Notes under the pieces: generated by a model
Told to the model about the DNA's origin: nothing
What the model saw: the letters and a program-made list of their open reading frames with translations, nothing else
Database searches by the model: none
Shown: piece after piece, positions 25,033-38,865 of the stretch
Numbering within the stretch: position 1 is the stretch's first letter
How the letters are laid out: every line of letters begins with the position of its first letter
Source of the DNA: Callorhinchus milii
Lineage: Eukaryota
Direction: 5' to 3'
DNA length: 64,000 nucleotides
Assembly (NCBI RefSeq): GCF_018977255.1
Contig: NW_024704742.1
Location: forward strand, 129,954,001-130,018,000
Program-made: the position numbers and the translations under genes

Positions 25033-25847
25033 CCCAAATAAAAAAAGACTAAAAAAAATGTAGTCTTCTCTGTATTCATTGGAGCCTCTGTCTGTCTTCA
25101 TAACAAAGACACTGACTAACTGTCATGGGCATATCCAGGCTCCGATACAAAGAGAGAAACCCAGAGTTTTTTTTTAGTTTTTTTAAAAAAAAATGTAGTA
25201 ACACTGGTATCCCCATACAGACATCATTTTAGACAGTGAGAAATCAAAAAAAAAAAACACACTAAAATAGCCCTCTGTGCCTATCTGTATCCATCATCCA
25301 TTCTGTCTGTTCTTGTCACTCACTGGATAAAGAGAGACAGTAAATAAAAAATATTTTTTTAATTTGCTGCTGTCTGTAATGATGGGGATACCAGAGTATA
25401 ATAATAATCCTTGCATTTGGTATACCGCCTTATCACATCTTCGAGACGTTTCAAAGCACTTCACAGAATATATTGTAAAGTGAATTGACTGTATATTTTG
25501 TGGGCGAAAGGCGGCAGCCAATTGCACACAGCAGCATCCCACAAAGAGTCGTGGAATGAGTGACCACATTTTTTTAAAAAAGGGTCTATTACTCCTGGAG
25601 AAGCAAAACACCAATCGACTGACAACCAGGTTCCCACCCACTGCTAGGCAAACAGGCATCTTTTAGAGATTGCAGCGCTTCCATCAAAGTGCACTCAAAA
25701 TAGGACAAGTTTCTGTTTGATCTTTCATTAAAAGCCACATTTTGTTTGTTTTCTTAGTTAGCCCTCTTTCTTGTTTTGAACAAGTGCAATTTGACCGCTT
25801 TGTGAAACTGGTTAGCAACCCACTCTGGGCTGAACTCACAAGTATCA

Positions 25848-26082
25848 ATAGAAGTCGCTGGGAACACTCAGCAGGTCAGGCAGTATCTATGGAGAAAGGA
25901 AAGTGAGTCAAAGTTTTGGGTCCACGATCCTTCGTCAGAACTTCGTTGAGTTCTGACGAAGGGCTGTTGACCCGAAACGTTGCCTCACTTACCTTTCCCC
26001 ATAGATGCTGCCTGACCTGCTGAGGGTTCCCAGTGACTTCTGTTTTTGTTTCAGATTTCCAGCATCTGCAGTATTTTGCATT
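25848..26082. mobile_element. Palindromic repeat (arms of about 90 bp), probably derived from Penelope-like element termini
   Basis: gaagtcgctgggaacactcagcaggtcaggcag...ttcgtcagaac / gttctgacgaagg...ctgcctgacctgctgagggttcccagtgacttc. Confidence 0.75.
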
Positions 26083-28859
26083 TTGTCACAAGAATCACAA
26101 AATTCCTTGAATGGGACAAGAATCTTGCTCCCCAAATAAGGTGACACTTGTGGTGGGGGGGGGAAGGAAAGGAAAGGGGTAATCACAGGGTAGACAGGGA
26201 GCAGGGTGGCCCATGTCCCCATCATTTAATCCCATTCTTCCATAATAACCGTTGATATTTTTAAATAATGTTGAAATGTCTCAAAGCACTTAGGTTTCTA
26301 TATAGAAAAGTGACCGTATCTGAGATGACCTCCCAAGGTGAGAGGCGCTATATAAATATAGATTGTGTGATCATATTATATTACAGGTGAGTAAATTCCC
26401 AGTTTCCTGCATTTGTAGGGGTAGCCCACAAAATATGTAGCTCACAAAATATACAGTCAATTCACTTTACAGTATATTCTGTGAAGTGCTTTGAGACGTC
26501 TAGAAGACGTGAAAAGCGCTACATCAAATGCAAGGATTATTATTATAAGAATATTGGCAAAAGATAAATCTACACACTGTATTTAAAACCTTCGGGCTAC
26601 ATTTTGAAACTGATCTTAAAAGAGAAATGAACACACCTTTCACCAGTAATAATCTCCGCTCACTCACTCAGTCCACATGTACTATTGTGCTCTCTTAATG
26701 TCTCGCTCGTGTGATGCAGAAAGAACAGTATTAAAATCTTGAAGCTATTTCAGCCCAAGTGAAACCTCAACATGCTAATCGGCTGGCAAACAGGCATGAA
26801 AGGGATGATTGTCAGCACTTGGAATGTGACACCGCTGGAATCAAAAACTTTCAGTGGATTGATTCCAGGAAAGGTGGAGAGGGGTTTATTGGAGAGGAAA
26901 GAGGTCTTAGAAAAGAACTTCAACATTGAACTACATTTTAGAGTCCTGCTGGTCAGAAGTTTAGCTCTAAATTGAGATATTAGGTCTTGTGGTGAATGGA
27001 AAGATGTTGATATGTGTTGAAGTCTCTATGCCCGATATTTTTGCTGTTATGTTAGCTGCCCATCATTATTTTTTGCAGTTTGCGATACCAATCTAGGCAG
27101 TGTCTGGGGAGATGGGATGTGAGACTGAAAACCACCACCCTCTTTGAAAGCATGATTTGTTTAGCTGACGCTGGAGTAGTGATTACTCAAGAGTTCAGCT
27201 TGCTGAAGTGAAGCAGAATGAGAATTGTACTTAACGACCACACAGAGACTCATTTAGTTCAAAAAAAAAGCTGTCAAATGGATATCCATCAAGCAAATAT
27301 TGTCAAAACTTTCTTATTATTGTAACTGTAAAAGGTGCTATCTAAATGTAAATTTCTTGTTGAATTATACAATACAATTTACATTTTTACAGCCTTTCAA
27401 GTCAGAAGAACGTCTCAAAACGCTTCACATTGCTGACTGGATACAGCTGGGGATGGGAACCGAGTGTGATGGGGGGGGGAGGGAGATAGATCATGAAAGA
27501 GCAGTGAGGAGGTACGTTTTGAGACAGGCCTTGAACGAGGGCAGGGACAGCTGTGTTGGAGAGACTCCAGGATGGAGTTCCAGAGAGTGGGGGCAAAATG
27601 GATGAAAGCCCACCCGTTGATGGTAGGTCAGATAAGGCAGTGGACATAAAACAGGCCAGTGTTCACTGAACACACCATATACAACAACTTGCACTTACCC
27701 AGTGTCCTTCATGTAGGATAATGCCTCGGAGCATTGTAGAGGGACAGAGTTTGTGCCAAACAAGGGAGAAGGGGGATGGCGGGGGGGTCAGGTGGGATTT
27801 AAAGATAAAGAGGGATTGAGACAGGGAGTTGCAGAGATTAGGGAAGTAGAGGCTGCAGAAAAAGATATACTGGTGCTGTGGAGGGGTCAGGGGATGCACA
27901 TCAAGCCTGTGTTAGTTGAGCAAGGAGGTGAGCAGAGTACATGGGGTACATGTTTCCAAAATAAGCTCTCAACCCATGGATAAGCAACAACAACACATTA
28001 CATTACACTTGTTTAGTGCCTTTCACGTCAGGAGGATGTCCCAATGCGCTGGGGGCACCTTGCAATGAACTACTATAGCAATATAGCTATATAATGTTAG
28101 GGGGGCTGAGGGAGTAAGTGATGACTCGTGCGGAGTATAAATACCTTCATAGATGTTTGGGCCGATATATTAAAGGTCTTCGGATTTGAGAACCCCTGTG
28201 CTCTACTCTTACTCAAGGCTCAGTTTAAAGCCATGCCCTTCTTATCTTACACTCACCGTCAATGTCAAATAGTCAGCTTGCATCGTCATCATCTATACTT
28301 CTCGGCATTTTAAAGACACAGATCACATTCTCCTCACTATTTAGTGAATAGCAACTACAGCTCTGTGGTGTCTTGGGGATTTTCATCTGAATCCACTCCA
28401 ATACAACCACAGCCTTTTTGCCCAGAATTGGATGAGGTATTGTAAAGGGTGTCACCTTCAGATGACATGTTTAACTGAAGTCTTGTCTACCTGTTCAGGT
28501 GGGGGTTAAAGATCCCATGGCACTATTCAAAAAGACAAGGGAGTTTCTCCCAATGACCTGGTCAACAATCCTTCAGATAAAATTGGTCTTTCAACAGCTG
28601 CATGTGTTGGACATTGCAGCATTCAGGTTGGTTGCCACAATCATCCACAAATACACTTAACGCTTTGAGACATTTTAATAAAGTGATAAGCAGCTATATC
28701 AAATGCAAGGATTATTAATATTAAATAGAAGCCCATCAATGCTGAAATCCTAGTGAATCTATACTGTACCTTTCCACTGAAAGGCTGCATTTAAACAAGG
28801 AGCCATGGAAGAGGATAGGAGATTTACATTATCTTTATACTGGCCTGATGTGGAAAGTC

Positions 28860-29000
28860 TGAAATCGTAGAATTATACAGCACAGAAGGAGGCCATTTAG
28901 CCCATCATGTCTGTGCTGGCTCTTTAAAAGAGCCATCCAATTCAATCCCACTCCGCTGCTCTCTCCCCATAGGCCTGCAAACTTGTTAAATTCATACTTA
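28860..29000 (-). mobile_element. CR1-clade LINE 3' end
   Basis: Reverse complement of gatgggctaaatggcctccttctgtgctgtataattctacgatt; same family as 52160-52283. Confidence 0.75.
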
Positions 29001-29649
29001 ATGAGAATCAACACTGCCTTCATTGATAGGAGTGCTGGCACTGGATACTCAGTAACACACTAACACATTCTCTAGTTTTACAATTCATTTGCCTCTGCTC
29101 ATTCGATTTGTAAAATGCTGTCATCTCACTTTACAGTAAAATCTGTGAAACACTTGGAGATGTCTTCTCGATGTGAAAGGTGCTATATCAAATGCAAGGA
29201 TTATCGGTATTTGATTATGTGAATAGCTGAGGTTGTATTTCTAATTGAAGGTTTGAGCGTACACAAAACTCTGATACGATTGTGATGACATCAAGACTTA
29301 CAACATCAAATTATATTTGTGTAGCACCTTTCACGTCGGGAGGATGTCCCAAGGCGCTGGACAGTCAGGGATTTGGACCTGAGCTGGGTGTTGAGGTCAG
29401 GAGGAGTGAAGGGTAGGATTTGGAGGGTATGTGCAGGAAGGACATAATTTGCTGTAAACCACATTGCCACTGTCGGGTTTACATTGCCTCCTAATCCCGG
29501 GGGAAGGGGTTACATTGCCTACAGTGGGTCAGAACGCAGCAATGCCTGCAATGAGGTGACGCAGTCAGACTCTAACACTGCATTTCAAAAGCAACATAAA
29601 GGAGGCAAATACAAAAGAAACGCTGTGCAAACTCGTAGTGAAAACCAAC

Positions 29650-29655
29650 TTTATT
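29650..29655 (-). terminator. Distal TLN1 polyadenylation signal AATAAA
   Basis: Followed on the minus strand by a GU/U-rich tract; ends a repeat-free AU-rich 3'UTR of about 1.6 kb. Confidence 0.65.
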
Positions 29656-30376
29656 AAACTGCTTCAAACTTACAATAAAAACAAGTAACCATCCAACTAG
29701 CGCTGGAAAGTTGGTATTCATAAAAATGTTATTAGAAGCATATTGTATCAAAATAAAAAGTGATATTTTAAAGGCAATGGAGCATAAGTAACAAATTAAA
29801 TTTGCAGGCTAAAATATGAACAATGAGGCAATTCTGTAAAACAGGAGGTTTGCCATTTTGGGGGGTAAAAAATTTAAAAGGCCTAAAAACATTTGTGTTT
29901 CCAGTAATAGAAACCAGAGTTGACGGGAATATTATCCACAACCAGTTGAAATTCCAAGTAATGAAGATTGTAAACTCTTAACGAACAAATAACAGTTTAC
30001 AGTCATTTGTATCAGCAACTATTTGCAGAGTTGTTAAGTGCAGATAAAGGCCCATATTATTAATATTTAAAACCACCACAAACAGTTTTTAATTACATGA
30101 GATTCAAATGGAGGCACTTGTGTGAGCTACAACAGTGGGGCAATTTTAAGGTTATTGTTGAACCGTCCCAAACCCCATTTTCCTCTGCCCAAGACCCAAG
30201 ACATGCTCTGCAAACCTGCAATTCTATTTGTTTGTTAGTTGCTGAATTAACACTTATAAGGTTTTGTTATAGGGAACACTTTAAAACAATATGACAAGTT
30301 TTTTTAAAAAAAAATTCTGGAGGTTAAACACATTTTTAAAGAAAACTGTTAAACGTTTCCGTAAAAAAAAGCAACG

Positions 30377-30382
30377 TTTATT
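30377..30382 (-). terminator. Proximal TLN1 polyadenylation signal AATAAA
   Basis: AATAAA followed by U-rich tracts on the minus strand. Confidence 0.45.
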
Positions 30383-31238
30383 CCCATCTTTACTGGAAAC
30401 ACATCAATTTGAAAGGCCAAAAAAGCAGAAGAAAGATGTGCTGCCTGATGTTTATGCACCCTGCTGAAATGCTGCACTATTTATGTACACCTGATTAAAA
30501 ACTTTGAGACAAAGAGTAACATTAATCCAATCAGTATTTTTGACCTGATTTAAGACAACACTATTTCTGGTATTTAGAGGGCAAAATTATTCCATTACGA
30601 ACTTTAACTGATATGTATAGTTTAGTCTCTGTGCAAGTTTAGCTCATGAATGTGAGGCACTGTTTTAGCTTTCCCCCATTGCACCGATAACTCATCTACA
30701 TTAATTTTATATGATTTATAGTGCGTCTCACACACAAAAACCCTTGTGTATCATCTTTGGAATAATCACATATACCTTCCGACTCCATAGAGGTTAAAAA
30801 ATATATCATACAAAAAGCTTCACAGTAAATTTGCAACACAGCATTAATACTGCAACTTTACATTTGCTTTCTCATACCATAGCGTACGCACGTGCAGAGA
30901 CTTTCTCTACGATTAATAGCAAAATATCTAATACATTACTGAATATGTGCAGATGGATTGCTTATAGGACGCAGAAAGATACAGCGAGTGGATTGCACCT
31001 TTACCATACAGATCTAGAAAAATTGGAAAGAAAATCCATTTTGCATGAACTTTTTTTCCCCCCAACAAAATAAAAAAACAATCTGGTCACACAGATGGTC
31101 AACAGTTTGCCTTTCAGGACCAGATGAATTTAATCACCAGATATTTTGCCATCTGACTGCTGAGCTAGATCCATCTATGGCTGACCAGCAAAGACCATTA
31201 GCTGCTTTTAAATGATTTAGTTTAAATTAAAAAAAAAA

Positions 31239-31370
31239 TTAGTTTTGTTCTTCTTCGCGAAGTTCTGAAGGGAGAAATTTGTATTGTTGCTGTCGGATGT
31301 GAGCTAACTTCTTTCGGGCTTCTTCAAGCTCTCTCTCCTTTCTCAGCATCTCTTCTTGGGCTGCAATAAT
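31239..31370 (-). CDS. TLN1: Talin-1 last coding exon (dimerisation helix): IIAAQEEMLRKERELEEARKKLAHIRQQQYKFLPSELREEEQN*
   Basis: Manual translation; cag acceptor; TAA at 31241-31239. Confidence 0.97.
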   Translation of the reverse strand: MIAAQEEMLRKERELEEARKKLAHIRQQQYKFLPSELREEEQN

Positions 31371-32396
31371 CTGCGAGAAGAAAGAAAAAAAGAACCACCA
31401 CAGTCAGCTTTGGTCCTCAGAGTGATTTCACATTGTGCAATAAGAGTGAAGACCATGCGCCAGTTCAAGCACACGATTCTCACCCGGGTCCAGGAAACAC
31501 TTGCTCAAAGCATTTCTATACTGTCCCATCCTTCTGCCATTGCCAATGATCCAGTCAGAAAGAGCTGCAAGCTGCTCCAAGGACTCTGAATAATAATGGG
31601 TTGTGAGGTTTGCAATAGGGACTCCTGAGGTGACTCACACTCATTTTCCTTATTCAGGACCATTTTTCCTTTTCCTAACTCTGAGACACCAAGGCACATT
31701 GTGGAGCCCCTACTTGTCGCTCTGGCTGATAATTCAACTGTGATTCTAACCTGCAACCGTCTGATCTCATGGCTCACCTCTACACTGAAGATGCTTTCAT
31801 CCACTTGGGCATCCCTAGAACATTTATTGTACTTCTAACCATGTCTTTCCACATCAGCTGTCAATCTAATACTCACTAGATCTGATACAGTGACAGAGAT
31901 ATTCCTTCTCCCTCTTCCACTGATACCACATGGAATTACAAGATCATCCACTTTTTACTGTCCAAATAAAGGGGTTACACAAAAAACCTAGATGCTACAT
32001 CGGAGCAAATGACAAGCATCGGCTCTATGGAGAGTGTACATAGCCTACTCTCATGCATTGGTATTTAACAAACAAAACCAGGCAGCATTTAGTCTTCAGC
32101 AACTGTAACATACAGTGGTCCTGTTTCTATTGCTTATGCTGCAGTACATAGGAACAGAGGAACAGGAGCAATTCAGCCCCAGAAGCCTGTTCTGCCATTC
32201 TATAAGATCATGATCTGTACCCCAACTCCAATTACCCACCCTTGCTTCATATCCCTTGATACCTTTACCTAACACAAATTACTCTATTTATAACTATTTA
32301 TAACTCTAATGTGCTACAGCTCAGAAGCTGTAGACCAGGGATTTAAAAGCAGAATCAATTTGGGACCTTGAACTCGAGTTACTGAGCATGGCTTAC

Positions 32397-32525
32397 CTGA
32401 GCAATGCCACCGACCATCTTGCTCTTCACAACAACATTCTCCTCTTCCTGGTCATTGAACGCTGCTGCCTTCTGTGCAGCCTTCACCAGGTGATCTGAAG
32501 CTCTCTTTACAGCATTGCCTGCAGT
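32397..32525 (-). CDS. TLN1: Talin-1 exon TAGNAVKRASDHLVK...KMVGGIAQ
   Basis: 129 nt, GT-AG, talin I/LWEQ region. Confidence 0.96.
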
Positions 32526-33111
32526 CTACAAGAACACACACACGCACACACACAAACAGTCAGTGAAGCTTTAACAGTGAAACCTAATTACTCTATAACT
32601 GCTGAAGTGCTGTCTCAAAATTACAATGTATATATTGTAAACCTCGTGAAGTATATTGAACCACTTTGCAATGATTAGGAACACGTGTCTATGATTTGAT
32701 GGAACCTGGAGACATTGTACAAAGTTTGTGATTTATTTCCACCTTTTGTTACATATTTATAATACACTTTATAATAATGGTCTACCACGTACTCAAGATG
32801 TCTCAGCGGATATATCGTAAAGTGGCATGACTGTGTTTATTTTGTAGGCAAACTGGTTTGGGAATACATCAAATTTGACACAATCTTACCAAAACAGATT
32901 GAACTACTGATCAACAGCTTCAGTTTATCTGACTGCAAAAGAAAGCAGGTCATAAAATTCACTGAATTCTTACACTGGGGAAATTAATTCTTCAATGCTT
33001 GGCTCCTCCGTTAATTAATCCCGATTAATAGGCACAACTGATTTAAACTCTTTCTGAAGGGTAGATGAACTTGGTAAACTAGCCGGGGATTGAGAACAGA
33101 ACACAACTGTC

Positions 33112-33444
33112 TAATAATAATAATAATAATAATAATAATCCTTGCATTTGATATAGCGCTTTTCACGTCGGGAGGACGTCCCAAAGCGCTTCACAGAATA
33201 TACTGTAAAGTCAGTTGACTGTATATTTGTGGGCGAACGCGGCAGCCAATTGCGCACAGCAATGTCCCACAGACAGTCATAGATTGAAAATGACCAATTT
33301 AATTATTGTTTTTATTTTTTGGAGGGATTATTATTAGGCGTGTGGAGTAAGGAAACTTGCCCAAGGTTTCGCCCTCTGCCTGGAATTGAACTCAGGTCTC
33401 TCACTTGCAAAGCGAGTGCTCTAACCACTGAGCTACAGGACTCC
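33112..33444 (-). mobile_element. Full-length tRNA-derived SINE with long (TTA)n tail
   Basis: Near-identical to the 16198 and 40725 copies; ctaataa-like duplication at the flanks. Confidence 0.9.
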
Positions 33445-36400
33445 ACTAATAAGAGGTTTGTTTAAAATGGAAATCTTCAAAGCAGGATTTGACTGAGCTG
33501 TTTGATCTGACAAAGCTGGTGCATTGTGAAATGAGTGCTGGCATCCTCTCTAAACATCTGAAAAGTATGACCATTCACGGGCTTCCGACAACAGCAGCTC
33601 TGCAGTGAGACAATGGATCAGGGCAAATATTTTGGATCACAAAATTCCTGATGTCAGAGATGTGACTACACAGTGCTTCTTGGTCATGTTTTTTGTGAAC
33701 ACTCCCCTCCTCCCTCCCGTGACCCTGGAGGCCCCACTCAATGCTGCCATCCGGCTCTGCCCAAGTGGCTATCCTTCACACTTGAGCTCAGATTATAAAT
33801 GAAGGTTGGCAGGTTATTCAGTTATGAAGGCCATTCACAGATAAGCCCAATCCTGTCCCTCACGGACATCCAGAAGTGATAACAATCAGAAGCAGGAAGC
33901 CTGGCTAATTTTCTCCCTTCCTCACCCAGGGGACAGGAGGGATTTGGAGAGCCCTTACTGCAGCACTGGCTGAGATAACACCAATTCAGCACTATCACAT
34001 ACAAACTTCCAGATTGTGGTCAGATCAGTTTTACTCTAATTTGACACCAATTTAGGAAAGGAAACCAATGAAAATTAAAAACAAGGCGCTTTTAAATCGC
34101 TCCACTGCCTTGCCCCGCCTTACCTCTGTGACTTTCTCTGCCTTGTAGACCTTTCATTTTGACTGTGTTTGTGGTCATATTTCCCCCTCCCCACTCAGCT
34201 CAGGCTCCGTCTCTCTATGAAAAGCTTTGAGATGTCCTCCACCCATGAACGCCACCATATGAACATCAAATTGTTGTGGAGACTATTTTGTTGTTGTTGC
34301 TGTTTTTTTAAACCAAACAGTTTATCATTGTCTATTTGCACATTTGAGGGTCTTTTTGCATGAGCAATCCATCAGCGAGGGAGGTAAGTGGGGTCTCCTT
34401 GGAGCTGAGCTGGCTTCATGGGGATATGCTTGGCAACCGAATAGTGGAAATGAGTCAACTCTCTGTGGCAGTTTTGGTAGTCAGTTCCTGAGCCAGGCAG
34501 GTCCGTAGTATTCCAGCACACTGCTGATGACAGCACAGCCAGCCTGGCTCATTGACCAGACATAGAGAGGCAGATCAGTCACTGGGAGCAAGGACTCATT
34601 CCCCCTCAGCTCCTATTAACCTTGTAAGCCAAAGTCCGAACAGGTAGCATGGTCCTAGCTGGACAAGCAGCAAAAAGCTTGTAGACAAGGCTCTCAATAG
34701 CAAGTTATACGGTTTTAGCTGGTTAACAACAATAAAAGCCCTTCACTTATATAGCAACTTTCATGTCAGGAGGATGCCCCAAGGTGCTGGACAGTTGTGG
34801 GTTTGCAACCGAGCTGGAGGTTGGATTCTGGAGGGATGCGGGCCAGTGGAAAGGGGGGAAGATGACCGAAGATGCAGTCAAAGAAGATATTGAGATGGAC
34901 TTTGAAGGAAGTGAGGCAAGAGGTGAGGTGAAGAGACTCCAGGATGGAGTTCCAGAGAGTAGGGGCAGATAGGCTAAGTTAAACCTCAAGCAGTACTCCA
35001 ACTTACTCTCAAGTCCCTGTCCCTGTACCTCGACTCTTACTGTGCCTAATACTCTCTGGATTTAGATAAGCAGGGTTCATATTCCAGATGCATGGGACTC
35101 TCAGTCTGGTTTAGATACTCTTAAGCATGGTGATGAGTTTCCCACATATGTCAGTCAATCAGAAGACCCAAGATAAAGCTTGATGAACTAGCTGGCTATT
35201 ACAATCTTATTATCATGTGAAATAACTGGGGAGGGGGGAAATAAAGGCAAATAGGTCCTTCCTGGGCTGATTTGGCCCTGAGGAAGCATATGTGACAAGC
35301 TGGGTTGGTCCACAGTAATCCAAGACACTGGTGTTGATTCCTATCAGCTTGTCAGGCTAATCAGTGAGGTTTGGGGGGGGTGATCTCAACCTTCTGAGTC
35401 AAGGCCCCAAAGGGAGGATCGAGTTATGTGGCTCAAATTACTAACAACAACTTCACAAGAGTTACTTGGAGTAAATCACAAGAGAGAACCAGATACAGAA
35501 AGTCCTTTGGCTCTTTTGATCTGATCTTAACCAGAGTCTAAAACCCATCACCTTGGTCTAATAACTTGGGGTCATCAACAAATGTTATAACGTTAGTGGA
35601 AGGAGGCGTGTATGTTAGGACGTCTTCCCACCGTGAAAGGCACTAAAGAAATATAATTTGTTGTTGAAGCATCGCCCTGCATAACATTTCTGCGTAATGT
35701 GAACTGACCACTGTGAGACTCCACTCCTCAGCTCAGACTCCCTCTGCACTCCTCCCCGCCATTCACTCTCACATTCTTCTTTCTGTTGCAATTATTCAGA
35801 ACACCCCTTGGGCTTTAGTATATTGACTATTTTTGTGCTCCAAATTGCAGAGAGTGGGGTATTTATGAGGTTAAATATAGGACAGCGGCTTAACTCAACC
35901 AGTGTCCTGTGAAGTGGGAATTGGATCCTGCCTCGAGTTGATGTAAAACTTATTTTTGTCCCGCTGTAACTGAGCAGGTATTCAAGATGGCGGAAGAACA
36001 AAGAGCCCACAGACCAGACTATTGTGCTGCAATATGGTGTGGGGAGGGGGGAAAAAGGAAAATTATATTCAGATCTGAAAATAGTAGATAATCTGACCTA
36101 AATTCCATAGCATTTGTATAATCCCTCCATTGCTCAATCCCTCCAAAGAGCACAAAATTGCACCAATCTGAAATTCACGGTTTATCACCTTTTGATACAG
36201 ACTTGGAAAGGAGAAACTGAAGAAGCAGGAGGCTTCACATCGAGGGAATGAGTGGCCTTGAGTTTGTATTGAATGGTAACAATATCAGCAATCACACCTA
36301 GAACAGCTAACTACAACCTTCTTGTCAGCATGTTCTGTAGCTAATCCAGGCAGTACCTTTATCCACATCCACCTGGAGAGTGGAGGACTTTTTCCACACA

Positions 36401-36479
36401 AACAAAAAAAACCCAATGCAGTTTTAACTGTGGCTGAAACCAGATGAAATATATCCCACACGGTATAAACGTTCCCTAC

Positions 36480-36662
36480 CTGGAGTCGCTTCATGGCTTC
36501 TGAATCCTGGTCTGCCTTCACCTTGCAGGCCACCAGTAGCTGAGCTGTGGACGCTGCCACCTGTTTGGCTGAAGAGATGAGCTTTTCCTCGCTGGCGTGA
36601 CCCTGAACTGCGGAATTGGCCGCTTCACACAAGCTGCTTGTTGCAGCGGCGACCATTCGAGC
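36480..36662 (-). CDS. TLN1: Talin-1 exon ARMVAAATSSLCEAAN...SEAMKRLQ (R13)
   Basis: 183 nt, GT-AG; seen in ORF track. Confidence 0.97.
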
Positions 36663-37411
36663 CTGTTAGACAGATAATCATCAATGAGCCATCATCCGAG
36701 AGAGAGGTCACAAACCAGTCATTCAAACCCAGAGGCACATATTTCACAGCAAAGCTAACCCTGCTCATTTTATGAGTCCCACCCTACCTCCGTGATCTCC
36801 TGTGACTCGACCAACCCAGCCACTCCCTTCACTGAGTGAACACCGGTCTGGTTCACATCCCCCACCCTTTCCATGCCACCCCATGGTGGTGAGCTTTCAG
36901 TCATTCTACACCGCTCTTTGCAACTCCTTACCAGAGTCTCTCTAACTTGTCCCCACACTTTCAAAGCCTACCACTGGACTTAACTCCTTACCTCTTTAAT
37001 TTTACTTTTGGTTGACTTTCACACCCCCATCCTTCTCAGCTCCCCACCCCTTTCCCAGCTGTGCAACTTTGAAACTTCCTCCCCAGGTGAAAGGTGGCAT
37101 ATAAATGTAAATTGTATTTGTAATATCAAATTCAATTGATTTTACGTATTCTGAAACACCTGAAGGTGAACCTGCAACATTTTAACATGCCTTCATATGG
37201 CTAACTTGAGTCCAGTGCAGGATCAGAGAATTGGGAGCAAAATTCCTTACAAGAGCAATTGTATAAGTTGTATAAGGGAGAAGTCATAAAGCTACAGTTC
37301 GCTAAATGTTTCATTGCAAATATATACAATCAGAATCAACCACCAAATTGACCAACAACGAGGTGGGTGGGTGTTGGGGGGGAAAGCAAGAACCTTGAAG
37401 ATTATACCTAC

Positions 37412-37474
37412 CGCTGAAATCAAGCCTTGAGACCACTGGCCGTCGTCCACTGCGTTTGCTGGGACCGCTCCAAC
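37412..37474 (-). CDS. TLN1: Talin-1 exon VGAVPANAVDDGQWSQGLISA
   Basis: 63 nt, GT-AG. Confidence 0.96.
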
Positions 37475-37980
37475 CTGCAAAAAAGGAAATGGTGAGAAAA
37501 TGTCTTGAACATGAGCATGTGCAGTGTTTCATCAGTTCCCTCACTGCAGCTGTTCAACAATCCAGTCAGACAAGGACAGTTAGAAAAGGACTGGGGCGAT
37601 AGTGAGGTTTACAAATCAGACGTTTCGACTTTGGGCATGACTTTATACCAAGTTCCCATTTGCCAGTTTAGCTGGATACTAAAGGTCCCCTGAAGCTTTG
37701 GAAAAGACAGAAGGGGAGATTCTCCCATTGCCCTGGTCGAAAATCCTCCAGATTAGTCATTCATCACATGACTGTTTGTGTGATCTTGCTATGTGCAAAA
37801 AGGCTGCCAGAATTACCTCCAAGTGCAGTCACTACACATTAATGAGACAATAATTACAGGCCAAACGCTCTGGAGGATTCAATGTGATGCTGCGAACTTG
37901 AAACTCGTCTCTTTGGCAGAGTGAAGGAAAAAATAAAATAATATTTCCACTTAGCGGTTTGTGATTGTGAATATTCTCAC

Positions 37981-38106
37981 CTTGCCTTGAGCCACAAGCT
38001 CTCTCTGAGCAGCGGACGCAGCTTTCACGAGTGCACTGGTTGCTGCAGCGATGGACTTCGCTGCCTCCAGGATCTGTTCTTCGAAGTTGAGGCTTTCGTC
38101 GGCTTG
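37981..38106 (-). CDS. TLN1: Talin-1 exon QADESLNFEEQILEAAK...LVAQGK
   Basis: 126 nt, GT-AG. Confidence 0.96.
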
Positions 38107-38865
38107 CTGTCAAACAAACAAAAAGAAGATTTAATTTGTAAACGAAACCGATGACCATTAAATTCTAGGAGTAAATTCTGCCTTTCTCCCTCCATGAACT
38201 TTTTCCCCTCACCTCTTCTGAGGGCGTTGTCTTCTTTTGGCTATTCCTAGCAATACATTTCCAAGGTCACCATTGTCATGGACAAGTGCCCACAGCTCAT
38301 GAGTGTTGGCAAACTGTTTCTGCAGAGGGCATCACAGCTCAGCCTGATTCTGTCCTCACCTGACGCCCACAGCCAGGTTAGGGGCTGTGTGTGTGGGAGG
38401 GGTGGGTGGGGGGATTGGAAAGGGGATGGGGAGAGAATCTAAGAATCGTGAGGCCCATTTCTCCTTCCCTAATCCAGGGCAATGCAGTCAGTTATAGCAT
38501 TCAGCTATTGTTTGGTTCAGATCCGTAACTCAGCACAGTCTGGCATTCGAACTTGCAACCTTCTGGTTGCCTTGTACCCAATGAGTGAGACAAGAGTCCT
38601 GCACTAAAGTGTATTTTAAGTCAAACAAATTTGCAATGATCAAAATTCACCAAACAAATTAACATGAACTCAAGTGTAAAGAGGTGACCATAAGATGAAT
38701 TGAAATAAACTGAGAAACGCTGAATATTTTACATTTGTAAAAACAAAATGTTAATTATGAAGTTAGCTGAGAAACTACACAATGCTCACGGATGAAGTGC
38801 TAAACACAGGGTTTCATTTACACTCACATTTCAATAAGGCACTTTTGAAATGCTGTACAGACAAG

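Noticed and set aside
35983..35993. YY1-like motif CAAGATGGCGG
   Set aside because: Single isolated motif, expected by chance
32526..36479. TLN2-type alternative exon between KRLQ and TAGNAVK
   Set aside because: No frame-preserving exon with similar sequence found by eye
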